Shown in pieces: positions 51,250-63,792 of a stretch of DNA of 64,000 nucleotides (the stretch's first letter is position 1; each line of letters opens with the position of its first letter). Origin of the DNA: Octopus bimaculoides (lineage: Eukaryota). A program made the translations under genes and the position numbers. Location: assembly GCF_001194135.2 (NCBI RefSeq), contig NC_069004.1:33715257-33779256 (forward strand), written 5' to 3'. The notes beneath the pieces are model-generated. The model did not search any database and had not been told where the DNA came from. It worked only from the letters and a program-made list of their open reading frames with translations.

Positions 51250-51476
51250 TTATTGCCCACAAGGGGCTTAACATAGCGGGGACAAACAAGGACAGACAAA
51301 GGGATTAAGTCGATTACATCGACCCCAGTGCATAACTGGTACTTAATCTATCGACCCTGAAAGGATGAAAGGCAAAGTCGACCTCGGCGGAATTTGAACT
51401 CAGAACGTAACGACAGACGAAATACTGCTAAGCATTTCGCCCAGCGTGCTAACAATTCTGCCAAATTGCCACCTTC
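51250..51476 (-). mobile_element. SINE family B
   Basis: Homology to 1808-2031. Confidence 0.85.
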
Positions 51477-51490
51477 TTCTTCTTATTATT

Positions 51491-51710
51491 AAGGCAGTGA
51501 GCTGGCAGAATTGTTAGCAGACTGGACAAAAATGCTTAGTGGTATTTCACCCATCTTTACGTTCTGAGTTCAAATTCCACCGAGGTCAGCTTTGTCTTTT
51601 ATTCTTTTGGTGGGATCGATAAATAAAGTACCAGTCAAGTACTGGAGTCAATGTAATCAACTATCCCCTTCCCCACAAATTCAAGGCCATGGGCCTACAG
51701 TAGAAAGGAT
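51491..51710 (+). mobile_element. SINE family B, head-to-head with the previous copy
   Basis: Head AAGGCAGTGAGCTGGCAGAATTGTTAGC. Confidence 0.85.
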
Positions 51711-51835
51711 TTTTATTATTATTATTATTATTATCATATTTCCATGTCTTCCATGTCCCAATATTCACAGCCATTCAAGTAATTACTGAACAAGCTTCTC
51801 ATTGTTAATTAACTTTTAGTCTGGTCTTTGCTTTG

Positions 51836-51877
<42 letters not shown>

Positions 51878-52554
51878 AGTATAAATAATAATATTAATAA
51901 TAATGATTGTTCTGTCATTTTATTGCTTTGTGTGTGTGTGTTTCATTTGGCATCATCTAAAATCTATGGAAACGGCACAAATGCAACAAAGCATTGTTAT
52001 ATTGAAATAATGTCAAGTTGTAAATTTGATATGGAACAGGGAAACGGAACAGAATCAGAATTGCTGCTTAACTACACACACACACGCATGCATACGCACA
52101 TATACATAACCGTACACACACACACTTCTGCATAGATGTACATATAGACATGCACATTCATACATGCAGACGTTTACACATAGAGAGAGAGAGAGAGTAT
52201 TTTAAAAATACATTTTAAAATATTTTTTTCCCATTTGAAAACATCACAAGGATGTTTGGGTGCTATCGTATTTGTAGCCGAGAAGCTTACAAAACCTACA
52301 TCTTGCTCTGTGTTCATGATAAATTCTCAGGTTTAAAGGTAAAGAAAAGGGAAAGGAAGCAAACGCCTAGCAGTATTTGTTAGTGACTTTGAATGAGAAA
52401 GGAAGATAATTCCGTGATTGTTGAGTTTTCTACGATAGTTATCTGCAAGGAAAAAGATAAAAAGGGGTGATTTCTCTGGAGTAGAAATACCCTATGTAAT
52501 AGTGACTTCACCCGAGTTGTATATATAATCTACTGTTATTACTATTGCTGTGAA

Positions 52555-53150
52555 CAAATGCTTAACAAGCTGTGCAGTTAAGACGTTCGCTTTGCAACCA
52601 CGTAGTTTTGGGTTCAGTCCCATTGCATGGCTCCTAGCGCAAGTGTCTTCAGCTGTAGTCCCAGCCTGACAATTGCCTTTCGAACGGATTTGGTAGATGG
52701 AAACTGAAAGGAGCACGTCGTGTATATCTATCAAACTATCTATCTTTTTCTCTTTCTCTCTCTCTCTCTATGTCTGTCTATCTACCTCTCTCACTCTCTA
52801 TCTATGTCTGTCTGTCTGTCTCTCTACCTCTCTCTCTATCTGTATGTCTGTCTATCTACCTATTTCTCTCTTACTCTTTCTCTCTCTCTCTCTATCTATC
52901 TACGTACTACCTCTCTCTTTATCTGTGTGTGTGTGTGCCTTTGTATTTGTCCCACCACCGCTTGACATTCGGTGTTGGTTTGCTTACATCCCATAACAAC
53001 AACAACGGTTTGGCAAAAGAAACCTATAGAGGAAGTATCAAATTTAAAAGAAAATAAGAAAAATAGGTCGTATTTGTTCAACTAAACTCCTTCAAGTCGG
53101 TGTCCCAGTATGGCAGCTGTCTATTGACAGAAAGAAGTAAAAATTAAAAG
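52555..53150 (+). mobile_element. SINE family A with expanded central (TCTA/TC)n
   Basis: Head, GGAAACTGAAAG body and tail present. Confidence 0.75.
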
Positions 53151-54409
53151 CTTCATGTTAAAAAAATAAATTACCGACGCTATTGTTCACCAAATCTATT
53201 ATTAATGTAGAGCAAATTGCAAGTCACTATCTTAAACAGTGTTGACCGTTGAGAGGCTGTTGATTTTAATGTTACTCACTCCCTCGTGTGTAAAGCAAAC
53301 TCGTGGAAGCGCACATGTCTGAAACACGCACACATGCAGATAGAGAGACACTCGTACAAGCATACACATACCGACGTACGAGCACACACATGTATACACA
53401 CACACACACACACACACACGCAGACGATGGAGAAGAGCAACACAGGTTTATAAGCAAACAAACCTGATTACTACGACGATCCATTGAAGAATAGCTTTGA
53501 TTTCTGGGTGTGGCTCAGCCAGACCTGACCTAGGGTTAAAAGACGACAATCATTTCGTTACATGTATAATTGTATGATCAGTCATGTGGAAGGACTGACA
53601 ACGAATCAACGCACGCACACAGAATCTTTGGACTAGCCATGCTGGGATACTGTCCTAACCAAATCCGCTTCCAGTGCGATCTGTTTTGTCGAACTGTAAA
53701 GTTATTGAGACGTAAACAAACCAGTATCGGATGTCAAGTGATAGAAAGAAGGATACACACATGTAAAAATACATTAGAAAAATCTTGAAGAATGATGATG
53801 CCTTATCAGCGATTTATTTAGCTTACATGTGTTTCGAATAGGTTGGCTGACACAACGCAAGTGCTGTACAATGGAGAATGCATCGATTAAATAAGCCTTA
53901 CTGCATTGTACAGCGCTTGTGTTGCGCTTTCTTATTCGAAACGTATGTAAGGTAAATAGATTTGTCGAGAATGCATCTTCATTGAAATCCACCGAGAAGG
54001 CTTTGGTCAGCTCGGAGCTAAATAGTAGACACTTGCTGAAGGTGTGTGTGTGTCCGCGCGCATTTTAATAATCGGCTGAAGTCACCGTAAGTACCAACGC
54101 ACGAAATTCTTGAGCCATTCAGTAACTTGTGCAGATTATTGATGAAAACGCGCGCGTACACACACACACACACACAGAGGTCTCTGGTTCGGCAAAAGGG
54201 ATCGATATAAAAAGGTTCAGTTTTAAAAAAATGTAGTGGTGTCGATTTGTTCGACTTTGCCATTGAAGATGGTGCCCCAGCATGGCCGCAGTCCAATTTA
54301 GTGATGCAAGTAAAAAATAAAAGATGAATTTAGAAGAGATGGGTTAAAAAGCCACGTTCAAATGAATTAGTCTCCCCCCCCCCCAGGTACACATACGAGA
54401 TGAAAGCCG

Positions 54410-54790
54410 ATTTGCTAGAAATAACAGCCAAACACCCCCTAAAATTACACCCAGCCGTCTCGGAAAAAAGATGGACACATTGAATAACGTGATTCTGTGG
54501 TACTCTGTCTCAAGGGAAAAGGCAGAATGGTTTGGTCACGGATGGAACGTCTTTGAATATGAGTCTCTTCGATTAGGACTGACCTAGAGTTACGTAACCC
54601 AGGACAACACGTGGGGGGATCTAATTGCCAGAAATAGCAGCCAAATCGCTCTCATAGCACACCGTTTACTGTCTTAAATAAAGGTCACATTAGACAGTGC
54701 AACTTCTGATATGCTAAAAGACGTAATGGTCATCATTGGAATGTTCTGCTCGCTAAAGGCCTGACCTAGGGCTGTACAGCAACAGCAACA
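54410..54790 (+). mobile_element. Two tandem copies of repeat family E
   Basis: GAAATAACAGCCAAA at about 54418 and GAAATAGCAGCCAAA at about 54631, each ending GACCTAG.. Confidence 0.65.
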
Positions 54791-54929
54791 AAGAAATCAT
54801 TTAAAATACCATGTGCTTCCATTCAGGTTAGTTCTTTTTTTAGAACAAGGGGAGGACGGACAGACGATAGAACAGCAACGTGAGCGATAAAAGCAAGTAG
54901 CAGTTGCAGCAGTAGTGACAACTCAATGC

Positions 54930-55425
54930 ATTTTCCTTTTTCTCTTTCTCTCTCCTCTCCATACTTTCTATTTCTCACTCATTCCCTCCCTCACGTTTAA
55001 GTATCTTTCTCTCTTTACTCGCTCCTACCCTGTTTGCCTCCCTCTCGTTTGGCTCTCTTTTTTTCCCTCGCTGTTTAATTCTCTTTCTCTCACAACCTCC
55101 GTCCTCTCTCCCTCTTCCTCTGTGTGTCTCTCTCTCACTCCCTCCTTCTTATCTAGATACCACTCACTCACTCCCATTTATTCAGCTCTCTCTCTCTCTT
55201 CCACCGTCTTATTTAACACTCTCTTTCTCTCCCTCATTTATATTTGACTCTCTCTCAATTTGTCTGTACTCTTCTCCCTCTCCCGTATTTATCTTCCTTC
55301 CTCCCTCTTATTTATCTCCTTATCTCTCACTCCCTCCTTTTATTCAGCAGTCTCTTTCCCTTCCTCTCTCTCTCCCTCCGACTCCCATCTACTACGCCTC
55401 TTCCTCCTCTCCCTCTCCCACACTT
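54930..55425. repeat. CT-rich polypyrimidine tract upstream of TALDO1
   Basis: Direct reading. Confidence 0.85.
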
Positions 55426-55429
55426 CTAG

Positions 55430-55588
55430 ACATTCGTCGTTCTTGAAATACGTCGAAGTCTGTGATTCTTCCAACTCCGTTTTCTCCTTTTAAAAAACAC
55501 CAAACTCAAAGCTTTCCGTTGACCGAGCGGACCAAATTAGACAAAGAACAGAGAAAGGTCCTCCACAGACAGAAAGAATCGAAGAAAA
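55430..55588 (+). promoter_or_regulatory. Probable TALDO1 core promoter / 5' UTR
   Basis: Unique CpG-containing sequence between a long CT-rich tract and the ATG. The TSS cannot be placed from sequence alone. Confidence 0.45.
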
Positions 55589-55682
55589 ATGGCTGAGCCT
55601 GATGTGAAGAAAACTTCGAAATCTGTCCTCGATCAGTTGAAAGAAAAGACGATTGTAGTGGCGGATACCGGCGACTTCCACG
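55589..55682 (+). CDS. TALDO1: Transaldolase coding exon 1 (MAEPDVKKTSKSVLDQLKEKTIVVADTGDFH + 1 nt)
   Basis: ATG at 55589 in AAAAATGG context. LDQLK..T.VVADTGDF matches the transaldolase N-terminus, including catalytic Asp26 (human Asp27). Followed by donor GTAAG at 55683, phase 1. Confidence 0.95.
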
Positions 55683-55926
55683 GTAAGCTCGGTTTACTTC
55701 GTGTCTCTAGGTCTGTGTGGATAGATGTGTAGGTATATCACATATCCGTGTATGTGTATATATATATGTATGGATAGATGTGTATGTAATTTTAATTTTT
55801 AATAAATTGATTTTGATTGAGTTTTGTGCGCGTGTATGAGAGTATTTGTGTATATTTGAGTGCGCGTGTGTGTATATACATGTGTCTGGGTGTGTATGTG
55901 TGTGCATATATGTATTTGTATACGTT

Positions 55927-55958
<32 letters not shown>

Positions 55959-56829
55959 AGCATGTATGTCTGTGTGCGTGGGCGGCGTATATGTGTGTGC
56001 ATGCGTGTGTATATTTACGTGTGCGTATATTTATATTATGTGTGTTTTGATTGTATGTGCGTGTGTTTATAATAAACTTGTGTTTGTACGTAAACAACGA
56101 GCTCCGGTTGAAAACAGAAAAGACCAAACCTGAACCGACATTCCGGAATCTCGGAATGGTCTCTCGTCTGTTCGTTTTTTCACGCACGCACACACACACA
56201 CACACAAACACACACTCTCTCTCTCACAATGTATGTATGTTCGTTTAATTCGAAACCGTTCTCTCTTCGTCCCTCGTTACTCTTCACAAGAACGGATTCC
56301 CCTCTGCACGGCCGGTCTTATAGAAATAGCAGCTAAAAAAAAATCTTTAATTTACACCTGGCTAATTTAATCACCTGTCAGTAGAATAAATAAATAAATA
56401 AATAAATAATTTATGGCCTTAATTGAAAACCTTTTGGTCATAGCTCTGCTCAGTCAGACCTGACTCTGGGTTAAATAAGAACCACCACCACAAACAGTGT
56501 ATAGTGACGTAGTGACGGTGGCAGTAGTGGTGGTCGTCGGTGCCTCAGCTTGGAATTGAATGTATATAAATTATTTATATACACTCGCACGCATCGACAC
56601 ACACACTATACAACACCGTGTGTGTGTGTGTATTTTGCAATGGGATTTTTTTCTTGTGTGTAGGTGTGTCAAGAATATGTAGATGTTGTTTAGCTCCAGC
56701 CGTGATCACCACGTCTTGACGTATTTAGGACAACATCGTTATTATCCAATATGTCCTTGGTGTGTTTCCTTATTTAAAGTAGTTATGTATAATTTGGAAG
56801 GGTTGTTACTGCTGTTTCTAGTGACCACG

Positions 56830-57740
56830 CAAGAAGCTTCTTCGGTATTCTTATACAATAGCGTCGGAAATTAAACCTACAGCGCCAAAAGCTTTAATTT
56901 CTTTCGGATCTGTGTTTTAAACATCGTGGATTACGAATCTTTTGGGTCCTTGTCACCAATAAAAGAAGGCATTATGAATATATAGATCTATTTTGGTCCG
57001 GGTCGATTCTGAGTGAGGAAATCATAGAATTTTCGGCCGTGATCATTCCATTTTGACATATTTGGGACAATATTTTCTAATGTATTCTTGGTTCAAATTT
57101 CGTTATTTGAAGTAGCCTTTACCTTTGTTCCTCGCCGTCACATAGAACCTTCCTTGGTATTCCTGTACAATAGAGTCGGAAATTATCTAATGCCCCAAAA
57201 ACCGTAATTTCTTCGGATCTGTATGTTTCGAGCATCGGAGATTTTTTGGTGGTGATGAACATTGGTGGAATTGAGCGGACTTTCCCCATAAGTTGGAATT
57301 TCTGTTTTCCCCCTTTTTTTTTGTTTGTATATCCACATTTCAAAACAATGGTTGAAGGAGACGTCGCTCCTTAAAAATTACATCTCTGTTTTTATAAACA
57401 TTTGCCCCCTCCCCTCCAGTCATCACACCTTTGGAACAGCAACCACCGCTAAAATGGCATTTTCTTTCTCGTTATTTTTGGTTACTTTATTCAAAAAGTC
57501 CACTGATGATCTTTTAAAACTTAATATAAATCCGAAAAAAAAAAAAAAAGTTTCGAAATATATATAATAAAAATTCAAAATTGAAAAGAGAGTGGGGTGG
57601 GGGCCAAACTCTAACCCCGCCAAAAAAATTTATTCACAGATTCGTAAAATTTGGTCCATGAACCAGAAAAAAAAGACGACAGTTTGTGACGCATTAGATA
57701 ATTTCCGACGCTATTGTATAGGAATGCTGCTTCTTCATTA
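56830..57740. mobile_element. Foldback-type element with direct and inverted subunits in TALDO1 intron 1
   Basis: Subunit ATTCCT(A/G)TACAATAG(C/A)GTCGGAAATTA at about 56847 and 57159 (+), inverted at 57691-57725. Confidence 0.65.
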
Positions 57741-59474
57741 TACACTTGGTGGTGCACGTTTAACCCCAGATCCAGTAGACCTATGGACGAAGACGTTCCG
57801 ATCGTGACAATACTGCCTTTTCTTAGACGATGCATCCAGACTATATTATTCAGCGTATCCCTCTTTTTTATAATGTTAGGGTGTGATTTTAAAGGAAATT
57901 TGACTGTTATTTCTAGCAAGCTGAATGGCTACATTGACGCTCTATTCGTTGATTTGATTTAGGGAGAACGAATAACCGAGTGGTTAAGAAGTTCGTTTGG
58001 CAACCACGAGGTTCTGAGTTCGAGTCAATCTCGGGCGTATAAGATCGGTGTCTTTTACTAGTCTTGAATCCACAGAAATCGTGGGAAAACTCATTGGAGA
58101 GACGGAGAATGCAAGAAGATGCCCGAATGGATTATTTTTACCTGGAATTTCGAATTAGAAGTCCTATACCTGTTAGGAAAGGAAAAGGTAACGAAATGCT
58201 GGGAGGGCGGCTCATATTTGAACCTGAGACTTTTGGAAAAAATTTGTTTTTCAGAATTGTAATTCGCGCGCTCTCGGAATAACTAAGAGTACCTCACGGG
58301 GAATGGAAGAGAAAAAAAAAAGGACTGAGGGGTGGGGATAAAGCTTCTTCCCAAGCGACGGTTTCTCCGTTTCTGTAGCGTATATATTCCTCCCTGGACG
58401 ATACGCCAATCCGTCACAGGATTCTTTCTTCTTTTTTTTTTGTCAGCCGAATAGACAGGAGCAATGTGAAAAGAAGTGTTTTGCTCAAGAACTCAACGCA
58501 TTGGTCGATCTAGGAATCGAAACCGCTATGTTACAATCACGAGTCCAACACGGTCATAAAACGAAACGTTACCAATTTTTGTTGTATGAAATGCGAGAAT
58601 ACTGAGAAAAAATTACAAGCAAAAAATAAACATGAAGGACCCTTTTTTTTTTCGCTTTTCCATGTTGCGTGGGGCTTCTGATCGAAAATCCCGTTTATTA
58701 AGGGTACAGGTGTCTGTGACATACTTAGCCATTGAAGGGTCGTTTGCCGTGTGCGAAGACACGTGTCCCGTGGAAAACGGGTGTAGGGAGACGAAAGGTT
58801 TGGGAGGGAGGTGATCCCTAAATAGCATGATGGATTTTATTGGGATCTACCGTTTCCCCATTTTCTTAATGGTTGTTCTTTAGCCCCAGGATCATTCTTG
58901 GTTGAGCAGGTCTCACTCTCAAAGACACTCTAACCGTGACAGTCCCAGCCTTCTGGATTTATCTCAGACAATATGAATCAATGTCCTTCCTTTGAAAGAG
59001 AGTTGTCTGTTGTTTTTAGCATCTAGTAGTCCTCTCTTATTGGCTTTGAGTTCCCAGTTTTGAGTTGCTGTAGAATCTCTGGTGTTTTGTAAGGAATTGC
59101 CAAACTTTCTATTGGACCCCTTAGATTTTATGTGAACAATATCAGGCTTTAGTTAGGGCCTTGTAAACTAAATTCTGCGCGACCCAACCGTAGCATTTTT
59201 AATACTAGCTGTGTGTGTGTGTGCGTGTGCGAGAACACTTTCACACAGACGTTTGAAATTTACAAACGAAATGAAAAAAGTATTCTGTACAAGTTGTTGA
59301 TGCGAAGATCCGAAACCGTCAATGGTAAAGGGTAACGGAACTGTGAAACTCTGAGTTCCTACAAAGAGAAGTTTCAGTTTTGAATAAATGTTTGTGACCG
59401 TCTGTGTGTGTGTGTGTGTGCATGCATGCATCTATCTCTCCTGTTTTATAAGTATGTATGAATCTGCATATATA

Positions 59475-59516
<42 letters not shown>

Positions 59517-59639
59517 TACACACACCCTACTCCCGTACCTCTATCGTTGTAGATCGTTGTTATTCATTAGAATACTTTCGTTGTCAAAACCATGGAATGA
59601 ACTTAATTATAGAGTTTACAAATCTTCCAAAAACACACG

Positions 59640-59672
<33 letters not shown>

Positions 59673-61859
59673 AATCTTGCGTTGAATCAAGTCCAACAAA
59701 GCGATTCTTGTTATTATTATTACGTAGGTATGTGTTTATATGTGCGTACATAATGCGTGTGTATATAAAGAGAAATTTTATAATGAGAGGAAACAAGTAA
59801 GCTGTTAGCGCTAATTGTGGTCGACTCGAGTTACGGGATAATTTCAAAGCTCATTGTTCCGGTTACTTGTTTGCGACGGGACAACAAATGAGTTAGAATA
59901 ATTTAAATGAGGTGTTATGAGCCGTACCTCCACGGTACGTTTCGTCCACCAGACATTGCGTTAGATTTCAGGTGAGCCAAATTTACCCCGAATAAACTCT
60001 AGCCATACCGTTTTTAAGAATGTCGTCAACGATATGCTAATACCCAGGGTTGATCAAAGTGATTTGGGAGTTTAATGAATAAAAGAAAACCCACCACTAC
60101 TTGACTGTATGAAGAATGTGCCGTGTGGAACAAGTTTAACTGGGATTATTGTGTGCTACCTCGGGTATACTCTAACTGAAATCGTATATATGGCTTGTTG
60201 CCATCGAACATTATCTTGGGCTATTTTTGCTCCGGTAACATATCGGGCTTTACATCGTATCTACCGCCTTACCGGGCCTCTATGTGGTTGGTTGATTTGT
60301 TAAAAATAGCAGTCAAGTGTCCTTCAAATGACATTTCGTAAAAAAGAAAAAAAAAATGCAAGCAAAGATAGAACACGTTGGATAATGTAGTTTAAGATAT
60401 ATTATGGTTAAAAAGAAAAATACAACTTTAGATTAGTTTGGAAAACTTCGATGGTGTGGAACAGTAATTGCATTACCGTATAAGGGACACCAGTTTAGCC
60501 TTTGTTACTGGGGATCACCACAGGGTATGCACCCCTTTCAAAAGACTTCCTCCCGTCCCCACCCCATTTTCTCGCAAATTATTGTTTTTTTTTGTCAAAA
60601 ACCCACCTTTTCGGATACGGAGATTCGGGAAAATTTCCCCAATGCTTGCAACAGAGTGGACTCCGCTACCCCAAGGTTCCACTGACTGTCTGGCATTCGA
60701 ACTTTGCCGCCAGTCCGCCACCGCCATAGATAGACAGATATTGATATGACTCTCGGATGAATACTTTCTGCTATTGGAATATAAAAACCAGCAATTTTGA
60801 GGGAAGGAGAAGCCGATCACATCGATATCAGTACTCGACTGGAATTTATTTTATCGATTCCTAAAGGGTTAGTCAACCCTGGCGGCATTTGAACTCAGAA
60901 TGCAATGTACCGTTATTTGGAACCCGACACCTTCACACTTCTGTCGTTCCACCGACCTTACGTACAATTTACAATGTATATAACCTGTAGATATAAAATA
61001 TATAGACTTTGTAGAAGAGACAGTATGGTTATAACCGTCAATAAAAATCGAAACAATGTATCTTGGACTACGTTATTCAATGTGTCCTTCCCTTTTAGAA
61101 AATGGTATTTGGTTTGAAGGAAATTTAACTGCTATTTTTAGCAGATCGAATGACCACAGACATCGTGGGTGTATATTCTATAACATAAATTTTCGATTTG
61201 CTGTATGTGTATTTCTTAGGAATGTGTATATGCGTATGTATGTATATATTTGTGTATATGGGTGTCTGTATATATGTACATTTCTGCGTGTGCTAGTGTG
61301 TCTAGATGTATGTATGTATACATACATACACACTGTATGTTTGTATTTGAACAAGTCCATATAATTTGTGTGTGCGTGCATGTGTGTTTATATGTATATA
61401 TTTGCGCGTGTATACCTGGCCTATATATAAACATTTGTGTGCGTGCGGGTGCACATATATGTATATTTGTGTTATTTATATATATATATATACAAGACAC
61501 AAACATACGCAAATGTATGGTATTTGTGTGCTTCTGTTGATGTTTTGTGTCTTGTAAGCTCGTCCTATGACAGAAATAAAAACCTCTTATCTCGATTCTA
61601 ACCCTTCCTCACTTGTTTGTTGAGGTGTGTTTGTACGTCCTGTTTTCGTTAAGTCCGTCTTTGGGTGTGCTTATTTCTATGTCCTGTTTCCCTGTATGTA
61701 ATATATATGTGTGTGTGTGTGTGTGTGTNNNNNNNNNNNNNNNNNNNNNNNNNNNNNNNNNNNNNNNNNNNNNNNNNNNNNNNNNNNNNNNNNNNNNNGG
61801 GGGGGGGGGGTTATTAGCAATTTAACACCCTAAGGTCACCCATACTATTTATAGACGTA

Positions 61860-62253
61860 TATCATCATCATCATTTAACGTCCGCTTTCCATGCTAGCAT
61901 GGGTTGGACGATTTGACTGAGGACTGGTGAAACCAGATGGCTACACCAGGCTCCAATCTGATCTGGCAGAGTTTCTACAGCTGGATGCCCTTCCTAACGC
62001 CAATCACTCCGAGAGTGTAGTGGGTGCTTTTATGTGCCACCGGCACGAAGGCCAGTCAGGCGGTTCTGGCAACGGCCACGCTCAAAAGGTGTTTTTTACG
62101 TGCTACCTGCACGGGAGCCAGTTCGGCGGCACTGGCAGCGACCACGCTCGAATGTTGTTTTTCACGTGGCACCGGCACATGTGCCAGTAAGGTGACGCTG
62201 GCAACGATCACGCTCGAGTGGTGCTTTTTACGTGCCACCCGCACGGGATATGC
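61860..62253 (-). mobile_element. SINE-like family F with 66-bp internal tandem repeats
   Basis: (ATC)n tail at 61860; units in register at 62031, 62097, 62163, 62229. Confidence 0.8.
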
Positions 62254-62527
62254 ATAACGTGTCGATGTGTCTCTGTGTGTTTGTGTATATCCTATGTCTG
62301 TATTTTTTTTATATCCGTTTGCCTGTTCTTTCCTACTGTCTACTCTGGGTGCCAGGCCACCCGATCCCTTTCAGTCTATGACTTATTACATTGTTACAGT
62401 CCACCCATTCAGGAGGAATTTCATTGTTTAAAAATAACATCTTAAGTTCATATCCTTTTTATATAATTGATCCCAACTTCCGTGTGTGTGTGTGTGTGTA
62501 TACACAGACTCAAATGTATGTATGTCA

Positions 62528-62828
62528 TTATTCAGTTTATTTCAAGATTTCTTGGCAATAGAAAAAGAACTGGTTTCTAACCTAGTTCCAAGGCTCCTTC
62601 ATTGGAATTTGAACATCAGCAATAGGATGTGTATGTATTCTCATGCATATAGTTGCATATCTAGACATGCTCATATATATTGAAATGATAAACTTCTGTA
62701 AAGTTTTACTGATTTTTACAGTTCCAGTGATGGATTGGATCTGTAGTCTTTGAATTAGCTTTCTCCTTTCTAGTTTTGGGAAGCCTAATTTCTCAAGATT
62801 GGTATTTAGACAGTGTGTCACATATCCC
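62528..62828 (-). mobile_element. 3' end of an R4/Dong-like (RLE-endonuclease) non-LTR retrotransposon
   Basis: Minus translation LGYVTHCLNTNLEKLGFPKLERRKLIQRLQIQSITGTVKISKTLQKFII resembles the G-A-L-G...LQ...GT.KI C-terminus of RLE-clade ORFs; recognised from memory. Confidence 0.5.
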
Positions 62829-62830
62829 AG

Positions 62831-63085
62831 ACCCCGGAAAATGTGGAATGCATTAGACAAGCTTTGATACGGAGTCCAAATCGTTCTGCTCAGAGGCATT
62901 CCACTGAACATGGCATCGGTAATCGGTTGGTGAGGCGTATTTTGCACGAAGACCTGAATTTCCTCTCGGAAGGAAGTTATTTGCGTGGAAGTCGCCGAAA
63001 TCGACAGAGCAATGCTGGAAAGATTGGAGGCCAACTTCCAAGAACGCTTTCAGAAATGCATCAATGAAAACGGACACCACATGAT
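62831..63085 (+). pseudogene. Internally deleted Tc1/mariner transposase fragment
   Basis: TPENVECIRQALIRSPNRSAQRHSTEHGIGNRLVRRILHEDLNF (HTH region) is joined, in another frame, to VEVAEIDRAMLERLEANFQERFQKCINENGHH (C-terminal C...G.H motif); DDD domain absent. Confidence 0.75.
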
Positions 63086-63232
63086 TTTGACAAATGCTAA
63101 TTCAATACGAACACTTTGATCTCAGTTGTGGTTTTGTGATTCATTGTTGCACTTTAATGGAAATACTGACGTGTGTGTGTGTGTGTGTATGTTTTGTGAA
63201 AATTCACTGTTATTGTTTTCTCTTTGTGACAG

Positions 63233-63356
63233 CAATGAAGAAATACAAACCAACAGACTCAACCACAAATCCTTCTCTTATCTTGGCCGCTGCTAACATG
63301 TCGGAGTACGATGAACTGATGAAGAAAGCTGTCAAGTGGGCAAAAAGTCAAGGAGG
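63233..63356 (+). CDS. TALDO1: Transaldolase coding exon 2 (A-MKKYKPTDSTTNPSLILAAANMSEYDELMKKAVKWAKSQG-G)
   Basis: Pyrimidine tract + AG at 63231-63232; 124 nt; donor GTAAG at 63357. Contains transaldolase signature D-S-T-T-N-P-S-L-I. Frame is continuous with exons 1 and 3. Confidence 0.97.
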
Positions 63357-63639
63357 GTAAGGTTTGCTTTATAGTTTAACTCTCCTGATTATTGCGGGGT
63401 ACATCCATTGTGTGGCCCTTTCTGTTAATTTGTTTGGTGCTTGTGGTTGTCTTGTGCCCTTTTGATTAGTATTTAAATTGTTTCTTTTAACTGCAAAATT
63501 AATTAGATGTTCTTGTACGTATTTAATAAAAGTTCATTTTTTTGGAAATAAAAAGAAGTTCCAGTGTTGATGGCACCGACCAATCTCATCCTCTCAACAT
63601 TACTGGCATTGTGCTAGAATTTGGAATTGTTATTACTGA

Positions 63640-63755
63640 AAGGGCAGCAATTTGGCAGAGTCGTTTGCCTGTCACTACGTTCTGAGTTCAAATTGCCGAG
63701 GTTGACTTTGCCCCAACTCCTGAAATTGTTGGCCTTGTGCTAAAATTTGAAATCA
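63640..63755 (+). mobile_element. Truncated SINE family B in TALDO1 intron 2
   Basis: TTGGCAGAGTCGTT..GTTCTGAGTTCAAATTGCCGAGGTTGACTTTGCC. Confidence 0.7.
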
Positions 63756-63792
63756 TTATTGTTATTATTATTAATTCATTCATTTATTGTAG

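Noticed and set aside
59790-59980. Donor-like sites (CAA/GTAAGC, CAG/GTGAGC) in TALDO1 intron 1
   Set aside because: No convincing upstream acceptor; such motifs are expected by chance in 7.5 kb.
61914-61945. CTGAGGA...GAAAC as a hammerhead
   Set aside because: No stem II can form between the boxes; CTGG/CCAG pairs across GAAA instead.
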